Assembly: GCA_051362555.1 (NCBI GenBank)
Contig: CM120644.1
Span: 10,438,567 to 10,502,566 of the forward strand
DNA: 64,000 bases
DNA from: Lingula anatina
Lineage: Eukaryota; Animalia; Brachiopoda
Direction: 5' to 3'
The translations under genes were made by a program, and so were the position numbers. Of the stretch, positions 1-10,771 are shown piece after piece. The notes under the pieces were generated by a model that was not told the DNA's origin, made no database searches, and worked only from the letters and a program-made list of their open reading frames with translations. Every line of letters starts with the position of its first letter. Position 1 is the first letter of the stretch.

Positions 1-3000
1 AAGAACGGTCACAAATTCGGGTTAACGGGGGTTTAAGTCTAATCTTTGTAATTTTATCATTACCCGGTACTACATGTAGCAATTTCTTACGTAAGTGGTG
101 GCCTTTCTTCATAGAATAAGAACACTGGCAGAAAACGTCATGTTATGTAAGCCAAACGGTATTTATCCCAAAGAAATGTCCTCCTTTGGGATTTTAAAAA
201 ATGTCACTTGGACCTCATATTGGCATTGATTGACGTCTGTAACGAGAACAGTGTCTTTATAATTCAGTTGTTACCATTAAATTAACGTGATATCTAATGA
301 CATTTGTCAGTGTGTGCCTAATTTACCACAATGACAAAAGGCAATTGAATTGAAATACGTTTGATAAATCAGTTTTTGGTTTTGTCTACCGGGATTCGTC
401 ATTATACAGTGCGCGGTACTAAGTGGCGGTTTATAAAGTCTAACAACTATTTAGCTCCCAACAAATCTGACTTTCTTAAAAAAGCGACACAGGCAACATA
501 AGAGTGGGGATTCTGAATAGATGTGAAATATCTTCTAGATATATGAAACACATACAGATATCTGGACGTCACTTTGAGTGGGTGACTACCTCCACGCTTT
601 TGTCCCAAAGGAATATGCATCGAACAATAAACATAATGTAATAATTGTGATTGGCTAGAAATATACGTCTAATCCGTAAACCAGATGACAATTAAAAACT
701 GATACAGTTAATGAACTTTTTAATCTAATTTAATCGATCGTGCCGATGTTTCATTAGTATATACTGTGAGCATTAGTTTAAACTGGTATATATTGGTGAA
801 GTATGAAAACTATGTTAACGGTATCTTTATCAATTATTAAACTGATTATTAACTTTTATTCTATTTACGTGTGCTAATTATATTGTGACCGCTCAGTGAC
901 ATATTTGCATCATGTGTACGTATCTGGACATGATGTAACATGTGTGATGGATGAATTATTACTAAACCATACATAAAAAAGAACGGAGAAAAAAGGTAAA
1001 AGAGACCCTTGTGGTTGGCCATTGTTAGACAAATCACACGTTCAACAAATGCCACTTGTCCCAAGTGTAATGTAATTGGAATGCTGTGGCCCATAACGTT
1101 GGTATTAAGGCTAATGATTACGATGTTTTAACTTGTTTTTGTCTTAACGAGGTGATCATTCAAAATAACGCGCTTGTTGAGTGAGGACATGCGTTTCATT
1201 TATCCTGTTGTTGCGTGGAGGCTATTTTAGGGGTCGTCATCCTGTACTCGACGGACTGTATCGTGAGAGATCGCTGTTAGACAAATTATTTTTCAGAAGA
1301 CAGTCATCATTTTCTCGGAATTTCACGTATCGTCGCATAGATGATGAATTGAGCTGCAATTAAGTTTGTTTGGTTTGTCTGTTTATATAACAGAGACCAG
1401 GTTCGATAGGCATTTAAACAAGCGAAGGTTGGGGGCGCGAAATCAAGGCAAAATGAGTGTATTCAATATTGTTTGATATTTTTTTGTGGGCATATACATG
1501 TACATATCTGCAGCGCAGTGGTATCCTTCCCATAGTAATTAGATTTCATGGATTCAGATATGTGAATGATTATAAGCAGACGACCCCCCTATGATTGGTC
1601 CATTCCCGACTTACGTCCAATTCCCAGCGTTTTGTTTTTCACTCAATACAGAATAAGGTATCTCAACACAAGTCGATGGAATCTCCAAATTTTTCTTCGC
1701 AAGACTTGTCACATGCGACATCTGGTGGCAGTATGTCTTCTATGACTGTATTCAGTCAACAGGCAAGTGATGAGCTGTGGATCTTTGTATATAACTCTGC
1801 AGCCCTTTATTATTGACCAGGATAACGAGGCGCAATGCAGGAATAAGAGTGTTACCGGCAACACAGAGCCTCATTGATAAGACAATTGAAGAGCAGATAC
1901 CGTTCAAATCGGAGTACTCAACTACTAAAAGAAACCATGGCGCCAGTAAGCTGACGCTCAGAAAATAACAAAAGGCCTTTGGATAAACTACGTACATAAG
2001 ACAACACTTGGAGTAGAACTGTACGTATTCCATGCTGTGCATGTTTCAAAATGACGATGATAACGTGAATGCTGTTTGCCGTCAGGTGTATTTCGTCTTT
2101 ACTCTATTAATGGTAAGTTATACTCGACGTGATTTTTCAAAATCAAATAGAATAATGAATAGTAATCCCGTGCGACTATATATTTGATCAATGTCGAATG
2201 GCGTGCAATTTGAAAGGTGCTGTTATTGAACGTCTCTGAGTGAACAATATGCTGATTGGGAGGCAATTGGAACCTATTGGTAGACAAGCTTCAAGAAGTG
2301 GGTATAGCCAGACATTATAAGATAACGGTGGTACATTGCAGCATGCAGTAGAGAGTACAGCTAACTGTTCGTGGTCGAAGGTTGAAGGCTTTTTTCTTGT
2401 TGTTCTTGTTGTTGTTGACGGAGGTAAAAACATGTACTACAAGGCAGATAGTCGTGACGTGCAAAGGGCTTTATAGCCGTATGTCACTAGATCAGTTTTC
2501 AGTGTATTATATGGACTGCTTCGAATTGCATCTTCAATCGGGAAATCGAAACTCACGCGTGGTCTGTTTTTATTTTATTTTATTATTTTTTTTACTGCCT
2601 TAAGTATGAAAAGGATTACATGTTATGTAACAAAGCCACTCAGCGGGCGAGATTAAGCTTGTTGTTTTATGGTAGCGTATGGTGATTCTTCTACACATAC
2701 ATTGCAAGTGGCTGTGTTTGGAAACTGTTCCCTAAATGCGAAGATCGAATTTTACAGTTTGTGATTTACTGTGTCATTCTCAATTGGGAAAATGAAAGTA
2801 GGATACAACCCCTGCCTCAAATATATTGCTTTTTTTAGCAGGTGCCGTGAAAGGATTTCACAAACAAACCTTTTATTTCGCCAATGGTTGCTAATATATA
2901 TTGTATTTCGATTGCATTTTGGAAGCTGTAAATTACCAACTCGTGTTACGAGGTTATTGTTTTAGGATAAACACACCACAACTTCTTTACTTTGTAAAAT

Positions 3001-4609
3001 TAGACTTACATAATAACTTAAATAGTAGGATTAGGTTGACATTTATTACCAATTGAGTTGTAAAACACATGACAATGCTTAACTGATATTTGGAAACGGG
3101 TTTTACATTTGACGACGATATGTTAAACAGCCCAATGCTTTTAACATTCAAAGCTTTTAACATTTTAAACATTCATAAGGCCTCGTTATTTATCTAATTG
3201 AAAAAAGAGCTAATAATTGATGTGCATATCCCAACAGTAATGAGCGGAAGTATTGTGCAGAGACACGCGTGTGACTTCCGATCCCTTAAAGTGTTTGAAT
3301 GTCAGAAAAGAAAGCTCGGATTGCTGCTTTGAAATGTTCGACAACGAACAACACTTTAAACAGAACTTGAGGATCTTTAAATGGATCTGTGGCGCCAGCA
3401 GAATCTTATTAAACGAATGTAACTATAAACTAAGTGAAATGTGTCATTAAATCTGTATTAAGATAAGTGGGCACACTTGTCTTGGCGACGGTGGCGGCTC
3501 CTATTAAATTAAGCGTGCATTTCGCTTTCAGTTGTCTCCTAGCGTACTGTAGATCATGTGTCTTGTTTAATCACGTAGACTGTGCTTGTTCAAGTAGATC
3601 GATTTGTTTGATCTGATATTGGTTTCTGATGAATATGTTCAGTGTTTCTTTGCCATGACATTTTGACGCTTCGAATATGCCCAAGTCTGATATAGCAATG
3701 TTATAGAATCGCCAACTTACTAGTAATATTTAATTCAGTCACCTGAATTTTGTATAATGATTTGGAGTTTCAAATGCATATCAGGTTGCTCCAGGTGCAT
3801 CATATATGTTTAGATATACGATAGCCGTATTGTTATGAACACATTAATCTTAACGACACGCCCAGATATGTCTCATATCTACTTTACATGAGCTGTATGA
3901 GTTTTACTGCATGATGAAGTCCAAATTACGCTTGGTCATGAGATCCGCACGGTTCCTATAGAATAGATCGCAAAGGATGCTCATATTCCTGCTGCGTCAT
4001 TGATACCTTTGTCACATTTAATCAATACAAGTAAATAAGTGATTACTTCGGTAACAAACAGTTTGTTTTTATGTATATGGCAGCCCACATGTACCGATAT
4101 ATAATATGTGTTCGTGACACCTTGCCTTTCCACCGGCATCGCTTGTTGCGGATGCTTCAATAGTGTTTCTAAAAAGGGATAACGCAGTCTGGAAACAACA
4201 CGCAACGATTTTAGCATAATTCGTTTATACTTCACCCGTGGCTCACTTTCTTTCCTAGAACTTAACAGCCAACAGGACCATTTCAAAACAGAGTTATAAA
4301 CGCAATTCTTACCACAGCATATCATATCACAATTTATCGACTAAAAGTCTAATAAAATCACCGGGAAATGGTCTAATCTATAAGGTCGGTGATATTGTAA
4401 TAACTTTTCGCCTATGTAAATACCACTGGGCTCGGCACATTGCCTTATGTCAACACTCCCCTATTGACAAAAAGCTTGCGATCAAATTATATCTCTGGGT
4501 TCAGAGCTAATTTCAAACTTCACTGTTTGCTTCGGAGTGTCACTTAGGTCAAGTTAAGAAAAAATCAGAACATAACCCGACAGCAGTCGGTCATATGGAT
4601 TACAAGGTT

Positions 4610-4897
4610 TGTTGCGGGTGTCAGTCCAATTTTATTCAATTGTCAACGATATATAACATCAACTGGTAACAAATGGTACTGTTTATTGTCTAACATCAAC
4701 TTATGTCAACTTACATCAACTTTCATAAACTTTCAACTGGAAACAACTGGTAACAACTTTCATCTGAATCAACGTGAAACTCGTTGCGAGAATCTGACTT
4801 GTCTAACTAACACGTGCCGGCAAAAACTAAATACTATCAACACCGATACTACAATTAAGGTCAAGACACTACTAAAAATAGCTACTTGTCAGTTACA
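4610..4897 (-). repeat. 3' LTR (288 bp)
   Basis: Direct repeat of 10772-11059. Two minus-strand AATAAA hexamers (4631-4636, 4682-4687) are candidate poly(A) signals. Confidence 0.97.
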
Positions 4898-4907
4898 TGG
4901 CTCCCTT
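4898..4907 (-). promoter_or_regulatory. Plus-strand primer site in the PPT position (AAGGGAGCCA)
   Basis: Short purine run AAGGGAG followed by CCA, immediately before the TG of the 3' LTR on the minus strand. Confidence 0.75.
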
Positions 4908-5402
4908 AAATTGTGAATCCCACAATTTACTTAAACTATCATTTAATATTAAAACTCTAACACAAATCTTAAACTTAACATCCATTACCATACTACATAC
5001 ATGCATATATATCAAAACAATTTTGTGAACTTAACTTTACCTTCTCTATTAAACAACTTTAAAACTCAATAACCATTACCATATGTATACAAGCATTATG
5101 CATCAAAGTTTATGAGCAATTTCTGAACATAACACAACATTGTAAGCATATCTATCTCTCTCACACATATGTCAACCTGCCATTCACATGAAAACAAACC
5201 CTTTCCTTTTAAACAAAATGTGAAAAACAGTCTTAATTTTAAAGATTCTATACATTTAACAGTCCATAACACTGAAATTAATCCAGTCCAGTGTTTATAC
5301 AATGCACCAGTCTAAACATAAAAAGTTCACTCAAGTCAACCGATGGCTCCTTGACGGGGATTCCCCTTAAAATTACAGTTACACACTATAATGATTGTTC
5401 AG

Positions 5403-8400
5403 TTATTGCGCTTCCTCTAACAAGCACAGTTTATGTATTGGTCGCATCAATATAGAATTCCTAGTCTTAATCTGAACTGTGCGAACAAGTCCATCCTTTC
5501 CTGGGTAAGTATTTATCACTCTAGCAATTGGCCACACATTTCTAGGAACATCTTCATCAATCACTAACACAATATCACCAATATTCAAATTTCGCTTTGG
5601 CTCCAACCACTTTTGACGACTTTGCAAGGTAGGTAAGTATTCTTTTATCCACCTGCACCAGAAAATGTTTGCCAAATACTGAACCTGCCTCCATCTGCGT
5701 TTGCTATATGTGTCTGTCTTGTCAAAATCACCTGGTGGGAGCACAGACCCAGAACGTAACAATAACAAGTGGTTTGGGGTCAACGCTTCCAAATCATTGG
5801 GATCACTGGACACCGGTGTCAACGGACGCCCATTCACAATTGCTTCCACAATACACATTAAAGTGACAAGATTCTCATCATCTAAAACTTGTTCTGTCAC
5901 AACACCTCTTAATACCTTTCTAACAGTTCTGATGGATCTTTCCCATACACCACCCATATGTGAAGCACTAGGTGGGTTAAAATGCCAATCTATGTGGTTC
6001 TGGTGTAAATAATCATGTATCTTACTCTGATTCCATTCTGTGACGGCTGCCTTCAATTCACGCTCTGCACCAACAAAGTTAGTTCCATTGTCTGAAAATA
6101 TTTTCTTGGGTTTTCCACGTCTACTGATGAAACGCTGCAGGGCATTAATAAATGATGAAGTATCTAGTGATTGCGCTATTTCAATATGCACTGCTCTTGA
6201 TGCTAAACATGAAAATAAACACCCATACCTCTTAACCTCTAACCTTCCACGTTTAATCAAAAATGGACCAAAATAGTCCACACCCACATAAGTAAAACAT
6301 GGTTCATTGGGTGTAACTCTAACTGTTGGCAAATCAGCCATTCTTTGCTGACATGGTAACGCATTGTTTCGCTTACATTTGACACACTTGCTGATCACTC
6401 TGCGAATGGATTTCCTCGCTCCTATAATCCAATACTTCTGTCTCAATTCAGAAAGCACATATTCCCGTCCACTATGTCCTAAGGCTTTGTGTTGCTCGTC
6501 AATAATCAAATCTACAACATGGTGCTGTGGTAAAATCACTGGATTTTTTATCCCTTCTGAAATAGCTGAATTGTTCAATCTACCACCAACTACTAACACA
6601 CCTGAAGAATGCATCACTGGTGCAAGCTTAAACAACTTACTTGCACGTTTAACACCACTCTGACTGTTCGCAGCTCGATTAATTTCTGAGAGCTCTTTCC
6701 CAAAGTGTTGCCCTTGGATATACTTCAAGATTTCTAACTCTGCCTTTTCTGTTTCTTCCACTGAAAGTGGACCTGTGGGTACATTCACCTTTTCTCTTCT
6801 ATGCCTTGCGATTAACCACTGTTTGAAGCGTAGTATCACAGCAACATCTTTCTTCAGCTTTTTCCACGAAGATCGGCGTTTTAGAATCTTATCTATCACT
6901 GATTCCTGTACTGACTCACTTCTTTGTGCTAGACATGTCTTGGGTCTCTTTACCTCTTTATCTTCGTCTGACACTCCTTTAACATCTGGAGTTTCTGGCC
7001 AGTGGCACTCACTCTGCTTAAGAAATTCTGGTCCTTCAATCCATCTGACACCGTTAACCATTTCATGGGCAGTGAGTCCCCTTGTGCAATCGTCAGCTGG
7101 GTTCCTCTTTGAATCGATGTAGTGCCACTGTGACGGAACTGAACCTTCTCTGATGACAGAGACTCTGTTTTCAACGTATGTTTGAAATCGCTTATCTTCA
7201 CTTCGAATGTAACTCAAAGTACACGTGCTGTCTGTCCAAAACATTGAACTGTCCACAGGAAAAGTGAGTTCCTGTCGTATCATGTAATCTAATCTGACTG
7301 CCATAGTAGCTGCTGTAAGCTCGAGGCGCGGAATCGTAAGCTGCTTGATCGGTGCCAACCGAGCCTTTGACATCAACAATGAAGTATGTATCTGACCTGA
7401 GATGTCTTGTACACGGAGGTAACTTACAACACCATACGCCATGGTAGACGCATCAGAAAAATGGTGTAACTGAATGCTGGCAATATTCTCAGGCTGTACT
7501 GGCTGTACACATCTTGGTACTTTCATTTCTTTCATCTTGGGCAAGCTGTTCTTCCAACCTGACCACTCTACCTGGGTTTTATAAGGCACAGCTTCATCCC
7601 AACCTATCTTGTCACGTGTTAAATCTTGTAACATCTTCTTCGCTCTGATAGTGAAGGGAGAAATAAAGCCCAGGGGGTCATAAATAGAACTGATGACACT
7701 TAAAAGGCCTCTCTTGGTCAATGGTTTCTTCTCAAGATCCATTTTATATGTGAAGCTGTCCACTTCAATGTCCCAGCAAACACCAAGAGCACGTTCTGTT
7801 GGCAAGGCCTGTAAATTCAAATCAAGATTCTTAATAGGCTTGGCTTTGTCTATGTCTGGTATCTTGGATAACACTTCTCTGCTGTTGCTAATCCACTTCG
7901 TCAGGTGGAAAACTCCCGTTTGCAGCAGACTCTGTAATTGACTGACCATGGTGATTGCCTCTGTTTCACTCATTACTGACTTTAAACAGTCATCTACATA
8001 GAAATTCTGTAAAACAGTATTGACTACTTCTGTGTCGTAATGACCTTTGTTGTCTTCCGCTGTGCGTTGCAATGCAAAATTACAGCAACTGGGACTCCAT
8101 TTGCCACCGAACAAATGTACTGTCATTCGATAAACTTTCTGTTCTCTTTCCAGATCCCCTTTAGGCCACCATAGAAAACGAAGAGAATCTCTCTGCACTT
8201 CTGGTACCTTCACTTGATGATACATGGCTTCTATGTCAGACATGATGGCTATAGGGTGCTGTCTAAAGCGTAACAATACACCTAATAAAGAATTCACAAT
8301 GTCTGGCCCCTGTAGAACTTGACTATTCAATGAGACACCCTGATGGCTAGCTTTACAGTCAAATACTACCCTTACTTTGTCTGGTTTTTTGAGGTTCACA

Positions 8401-10736
8401 ACATCATGGTGGGGTAGGTACCATACACTGCCGTCTTCTTTGTCAACTTCATCAGGGCTGACTTGTTCTGCATAACCTTTGTCAATTAAGTCCTCCATGA
8501 ATTCTGTGTACGCTTGATGTAAGTTAGGATCATGTGACAATTTTCGCTTTAAGCTGTCTAGGCGTTGCTCGGCCATCTGCTTGTTTGGCGGAAAATGAGG
8601 CTGCCTGTCTTTAAATGGTATCGGCAAACTGTAATGCTCGTCATGTTGAATCTTATCTTCCCATAAAGCGAGGACCCGCTTGTCTTCAACTGATAAACCC
8701 TTTTTATCAGATATCAATGTTCCATGGCCTTCTATTTTCCAAAACTGTTCTAATTGCTCATTCAGCTCACGATCTGCCTGAATAAATGTTGCCGTGGCAA
8801 CATGTCTACGCTTGCCACCAAGCGGTCCATTTAATGTCCAGCCCAACACAGTTTTTGTCGCATATGGCTCATTTGGACTTTGACCTCTCTTCACATCAAT
8901 AGGCATAAGCACCTCTGGATTGTCTTGTCCAATTATTATGCTCACCTTGGCATTCATGTGATCTATTTCAGGAAAATTCACTTCTTGTAAGTGACTCCAC
9001 TTTCTGATGTCCTCTGCACGACCCATGTTTTCCATGTTTACAGGTAATGATGGTCTTGTATACACAACTGGCAAATCAATCACATTTTTGTCTTCTAAAT
9101 CAGAAATCTGTAAACTGATCACTACAGTCTCTGAGACACTTTGTTCCTTTTCTAAGGTCGTAAGCTTTAACACTGTATTTTCACCCTGTGCACCAATAGA
9201 CTGCATCAACTCTTCTGAGCAAAATGTACTGGTGGATCCTGAGTCCAGCAACGCATAGGTGTGCACAAACTGTGATTTATCTGGAACTTTCACTTTCACT
9301 GGTACTATTGGCAAGGCAATTCGCATACCACTTTCCTTTCTGGTCCCATGAGCTCCATACGAAACTTCATTTACAGCACTGAGAGAAGTGTTTAGCCCTG
9401 TGTGAATGTGAGATAAATCTTCATGAACTGGTTCCCTTGTAACAGTTGGCTTCACCTGGTGCAAGAATTTAGTGTGTTTTTGATTGCACCCTTGCACTGA
9501 GCACGTACGTTGTAATCTACACATCTCAGAGAAATGTCCTGGCTTTAAACAGTTGTAACACAGTTTGTTGTCATTGGCAAATTTGAGTCTCTCAGGCAAT
9601 TTCATGGCTTTGAATTCTGTACACCCAAATAATGAATGACTGCTGCCACACTTAATGCATGGTGACTGAATAGATTTTCTTGTGTCACCATTAGGCTGTG
9701 AACTGGTGTCACCATTAGGCTGTGAACTGATAGCTGTAATACTGTAACTCCATCGGTTGTTGGGTCGCCTCTGTGAATCACTGCGACTGTCACTCCTTTT
9801 CACATGTGCTAGGCCACCATACACTGGATCATTTGCTATTTCTGCATTTTCAACAACAAATGCAGTGACATCTTTAATATCTGGGCACCTTTCTTCCTTT
9901 CTTATCTTACGTACTTCTTGTTTCCATTTGTGCTGCAAATAACCAGGGAGACGTTCAATGATTTTGACCAGTGAGCTTTGTGTGCTCAACTCTGAGGAAT
10001 TTCCCATTGCTTCAAGCGTTTCAGCACATGTTCTTAACTCGTCGGCATAATCCCTCAATTTTGTAACATCATTTGCCTTTATGGCTGGGCCTGTCGTGAT
10101 TTTCTTAACCCATGTCTCCGTAATAGTGTAGGCTGAACCAAATCTTTCCTTAAGCAACGCTTTAGCCTTCTTATATCCATCTTCAGGGTTCATTACAGCA
10201 CAACATTGAATTACACCATGAGCCTTTCCACTGGTATAATGAAGCAAACGAATTAATCTTGCGCCGCTGTCCACAGTTTCTTTCTCCACACTATTTTCAA
10301 AAGTTTTGATAAAATTCCAATACTGAAGAGGGTCTCCGTCAAATTTGTCTATTTCAACTTTAGGAATTTGTATAGAGTTCACTAAATGATGAATCACATC
10401 ATGACTACTCTGGTTTTGAGTCAAGTTGGTGGAATTTACCTGAATGTCCAGTTTTGTAGATGAAATTGGGGCACTGGTCTCCATCTCAGCTTCAGCATAC
10501 GCAGTTTCCTCTGCTAACAATTTTGCTCTTTCAGTGTCCAACTTGAGTTTCTCCCTTTGTTGTTTCAATTTCAATTCCTGTTCGTCCAAATGTTTCTTCA
10601 CTTCAAAAGATGCCAATTCTGCCTCAATGGCCATCCGTTTTGCCTTCGCTTTCAAGCGAGCTTCAGTTGAGCTCGTGCTCAAACTGCTAAATAAGCTGGC
10701 CGTTTCTATGTCTTCCATTTTTTGTTGCACGTCCAT
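5403..10736 (-). CDS. gag-pol: BEL/Pao Gag-Pol polyprotein (1777 aa): Gag with three Cys/His zinc knuckles, aspartic protease, reverse transcriptase, Pao-type RNase H, integrase, BEL C-terminal domain
   Basis: Gag-like PKVEIDKFDGDPLQYWNF. Knuckles CIKCGSSHSLFGC, CYNCLKPGHFSEMC, CSVQGCNQKHTKFLH. Protease ALLDSGST (~9234-9245). RT WYLPHH, KVRVVFD, NFYVDD (7989-8000). RNase H HHFSDAS, TIPRLEL, WTDS, NPAD. Integrase HHCC plus GVDYFGP, SDNGTNF, GGVWER. C-terminal RWRQVQYLANIFW...GKDGLVRTV. No stop or frameshift. Confidence 0.97.
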   Translation of the reverse strand: MDVQQKMEDIETASLFSSLSTSSTEARLKAKAKRMAIEAELASFEVKKHLDEQELKLKQQREKLKLDTERAKLLAEETAYAEAEMETSAPISSTKLDIQVNSTNLTQNQSSHDVIHHLVNSIQIPKVEIDKFDGDPLQYWNFIKTFENSVEKETVDSGARLIRLLHYTSGKAHGVIQCCAVMNPEDGYKKAKALLKERFGSAYTITETWVKKITTGPAIKANDVTKLRDYADELRTCAETLEAMGNSSELSTQSSLVKIIERLPGYLQHKWKQEVRKIRKEERCPDIKDVTAFVVENAEIANDPVYGGLAHVKRSDSRSDSQRRPNNRWSYSITAISSQPNGDTSSQPNGDTRKSIQSPCIKCGSSHSLFGCTEFKAMKLPERLKFANDNKLCYNCLKPGHFSEMCRLQRTCSVQGCNQKHTKFLHQVKPTVTREPVHEDLSHIHTGLNTSLSAVNEVSYGAHGTRKESGMRIALPIVPVKVKVPDKSQFVHTYALLDSGSTSTFCSEELMQSIGAQGENTVLKLTTLEKEQSVSETVVISLQISDLEDKNVIDLPVVYTRPSLPVNMENMGRAEDIRKWSHLQEVNFPEIDHMNAKVSIIIGQDNPEVLMPIDVKRGQSPNEPYATKTVLGWTLNGPLGGKRRHVATATFIQADRELNEQLEQFWKIEGHGTLISDKKGLSVEDKRVLALWEDKIQHDEHYSLPIPFKDRQPHFPPNKQMAEQRLDSLKRKLSHDPNLHQAYTEFMEDLIDKGYAEQVSPDEVDKEDGSVWYLPHHDVVNLKKPDKVRVVFDCKASHQGVSLNSQVLQGPDIVNSLLGVLLRFRQHPIAIMSDIEAMYHQVKVPEVQRDSLRFLWWPKGDLEREQKVYRMTVHLFGGKWSPSCCNFALQRTAEDNKGHYDTEVVNTVLQNFYVDDCLKSVMSETEAITMVSQLQSLLQTGVFHLTKWISNSREVLSKIPDIDKAKPIKNLDLNLQALPTERALGVCWDIEVDSFTYKMDLEKKPLTKRGLLSVISSIYDPLGFISPFTIRAKKMLQDLTRDKIGWDEAVPYKTQVEWSGWKNSLPKMKEMKVPRCVQPVQPENIASIQLHHFSDASTMAYGVVSYLRVQDISGQIHTSLLMSKARLAPIKQLTIPRLELTAATMAVRLDYMIRQELTFPVDSSMFWTDSTCTLSYIRSEDKRFQTYVENRVSVIREGSVPSQWHYIDSKRNPADDCTRGLTAHEMVNGVRWIEGPEFLKQSECHWPETPDVKGVSDEDKEVKRPKTCLAQRSESVQESVIDKILKRRSSWKKLKKDVAVILRFKQWLIARHRREKVNVPTGPLSVEETEKAELEILKYIQGQHFGKELSEINRAANSQSGVKRASKLFKLAPVMHSSGVLVVGGRLNNSAISEGIKNPVILPQHHVVDLIIDEQHKALGHSGREYVLSELRQKYWIIGARKSIRRVISKCVKCKRNNALPCQQRMADLPTVRVTPNEPCFTYVGVDYFGPFLIKRGRLEVKRYGCLFSCLASRAVHIEIAQSLDTSSFINALQRFISRRGKPKKIFSDNGTNFVGAERELKAAVTEWNQSKIHDYLHQNHIDWHFNPPSASHMGGVWERSIRTVRKVLRGVVTEQVLDDENLVTLMCIVEAIVNGRPLTPVSSDPNDLEALTPNHLLLLRSGSVLPPGDFDKTDTYSKRRWRQVQYLANIFWCRWIKEYLPTLQSRQKWLEPKRNLNIGDIVLVIDEDVPRNVWPIARVINTYPGKDGLVRTVQIKTRNSILMRPIHKLCLLEEAQ

Positions 10737-10753
10737 TTTGACCTTTGACCTTT

Positions 10754-10771
10754 AGATCCTCCGAGTTTCAC
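10754..10771 (-). promoter_or_regulatory. Non-canonical primer-binding site (GTGAAACTCGGAGGATCT), complementary to the element's own LTR
   Basis: Directly abuts the 5' LTR end and lacks TGG. Its reverse complement matches the minus-strand LTR segment AGATTCTC-GCAA-CGAGTTTCAC (10957-10936). Confidence 0.7.

Noticed and set aside
1-8. Window begins and ends with AAGAACGG
   Set aside because: Only 8 bp at arbitrary window boundaries, with no longer terminal redundancy; treated as coincidence.
4686-4916. ORF MSNINLCQ..., duplicated at 10848-11129
   Set aside because: Antisense read-through of the identical LTRs from a TTG start; not a gene.
5096-5302. 68-aa minus ORF in the 3' UTR as a possible env or accessory gene
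   Set aside because: Too short, non-ATG start, T-rich UTR composition and no envelope features.
5669-10755. Plus-strand and alternate-frame ORFs inside the retrotransposon
   Set aside because: Shadow ORFs of the long gag-pol frame, with no recognisable motifs.
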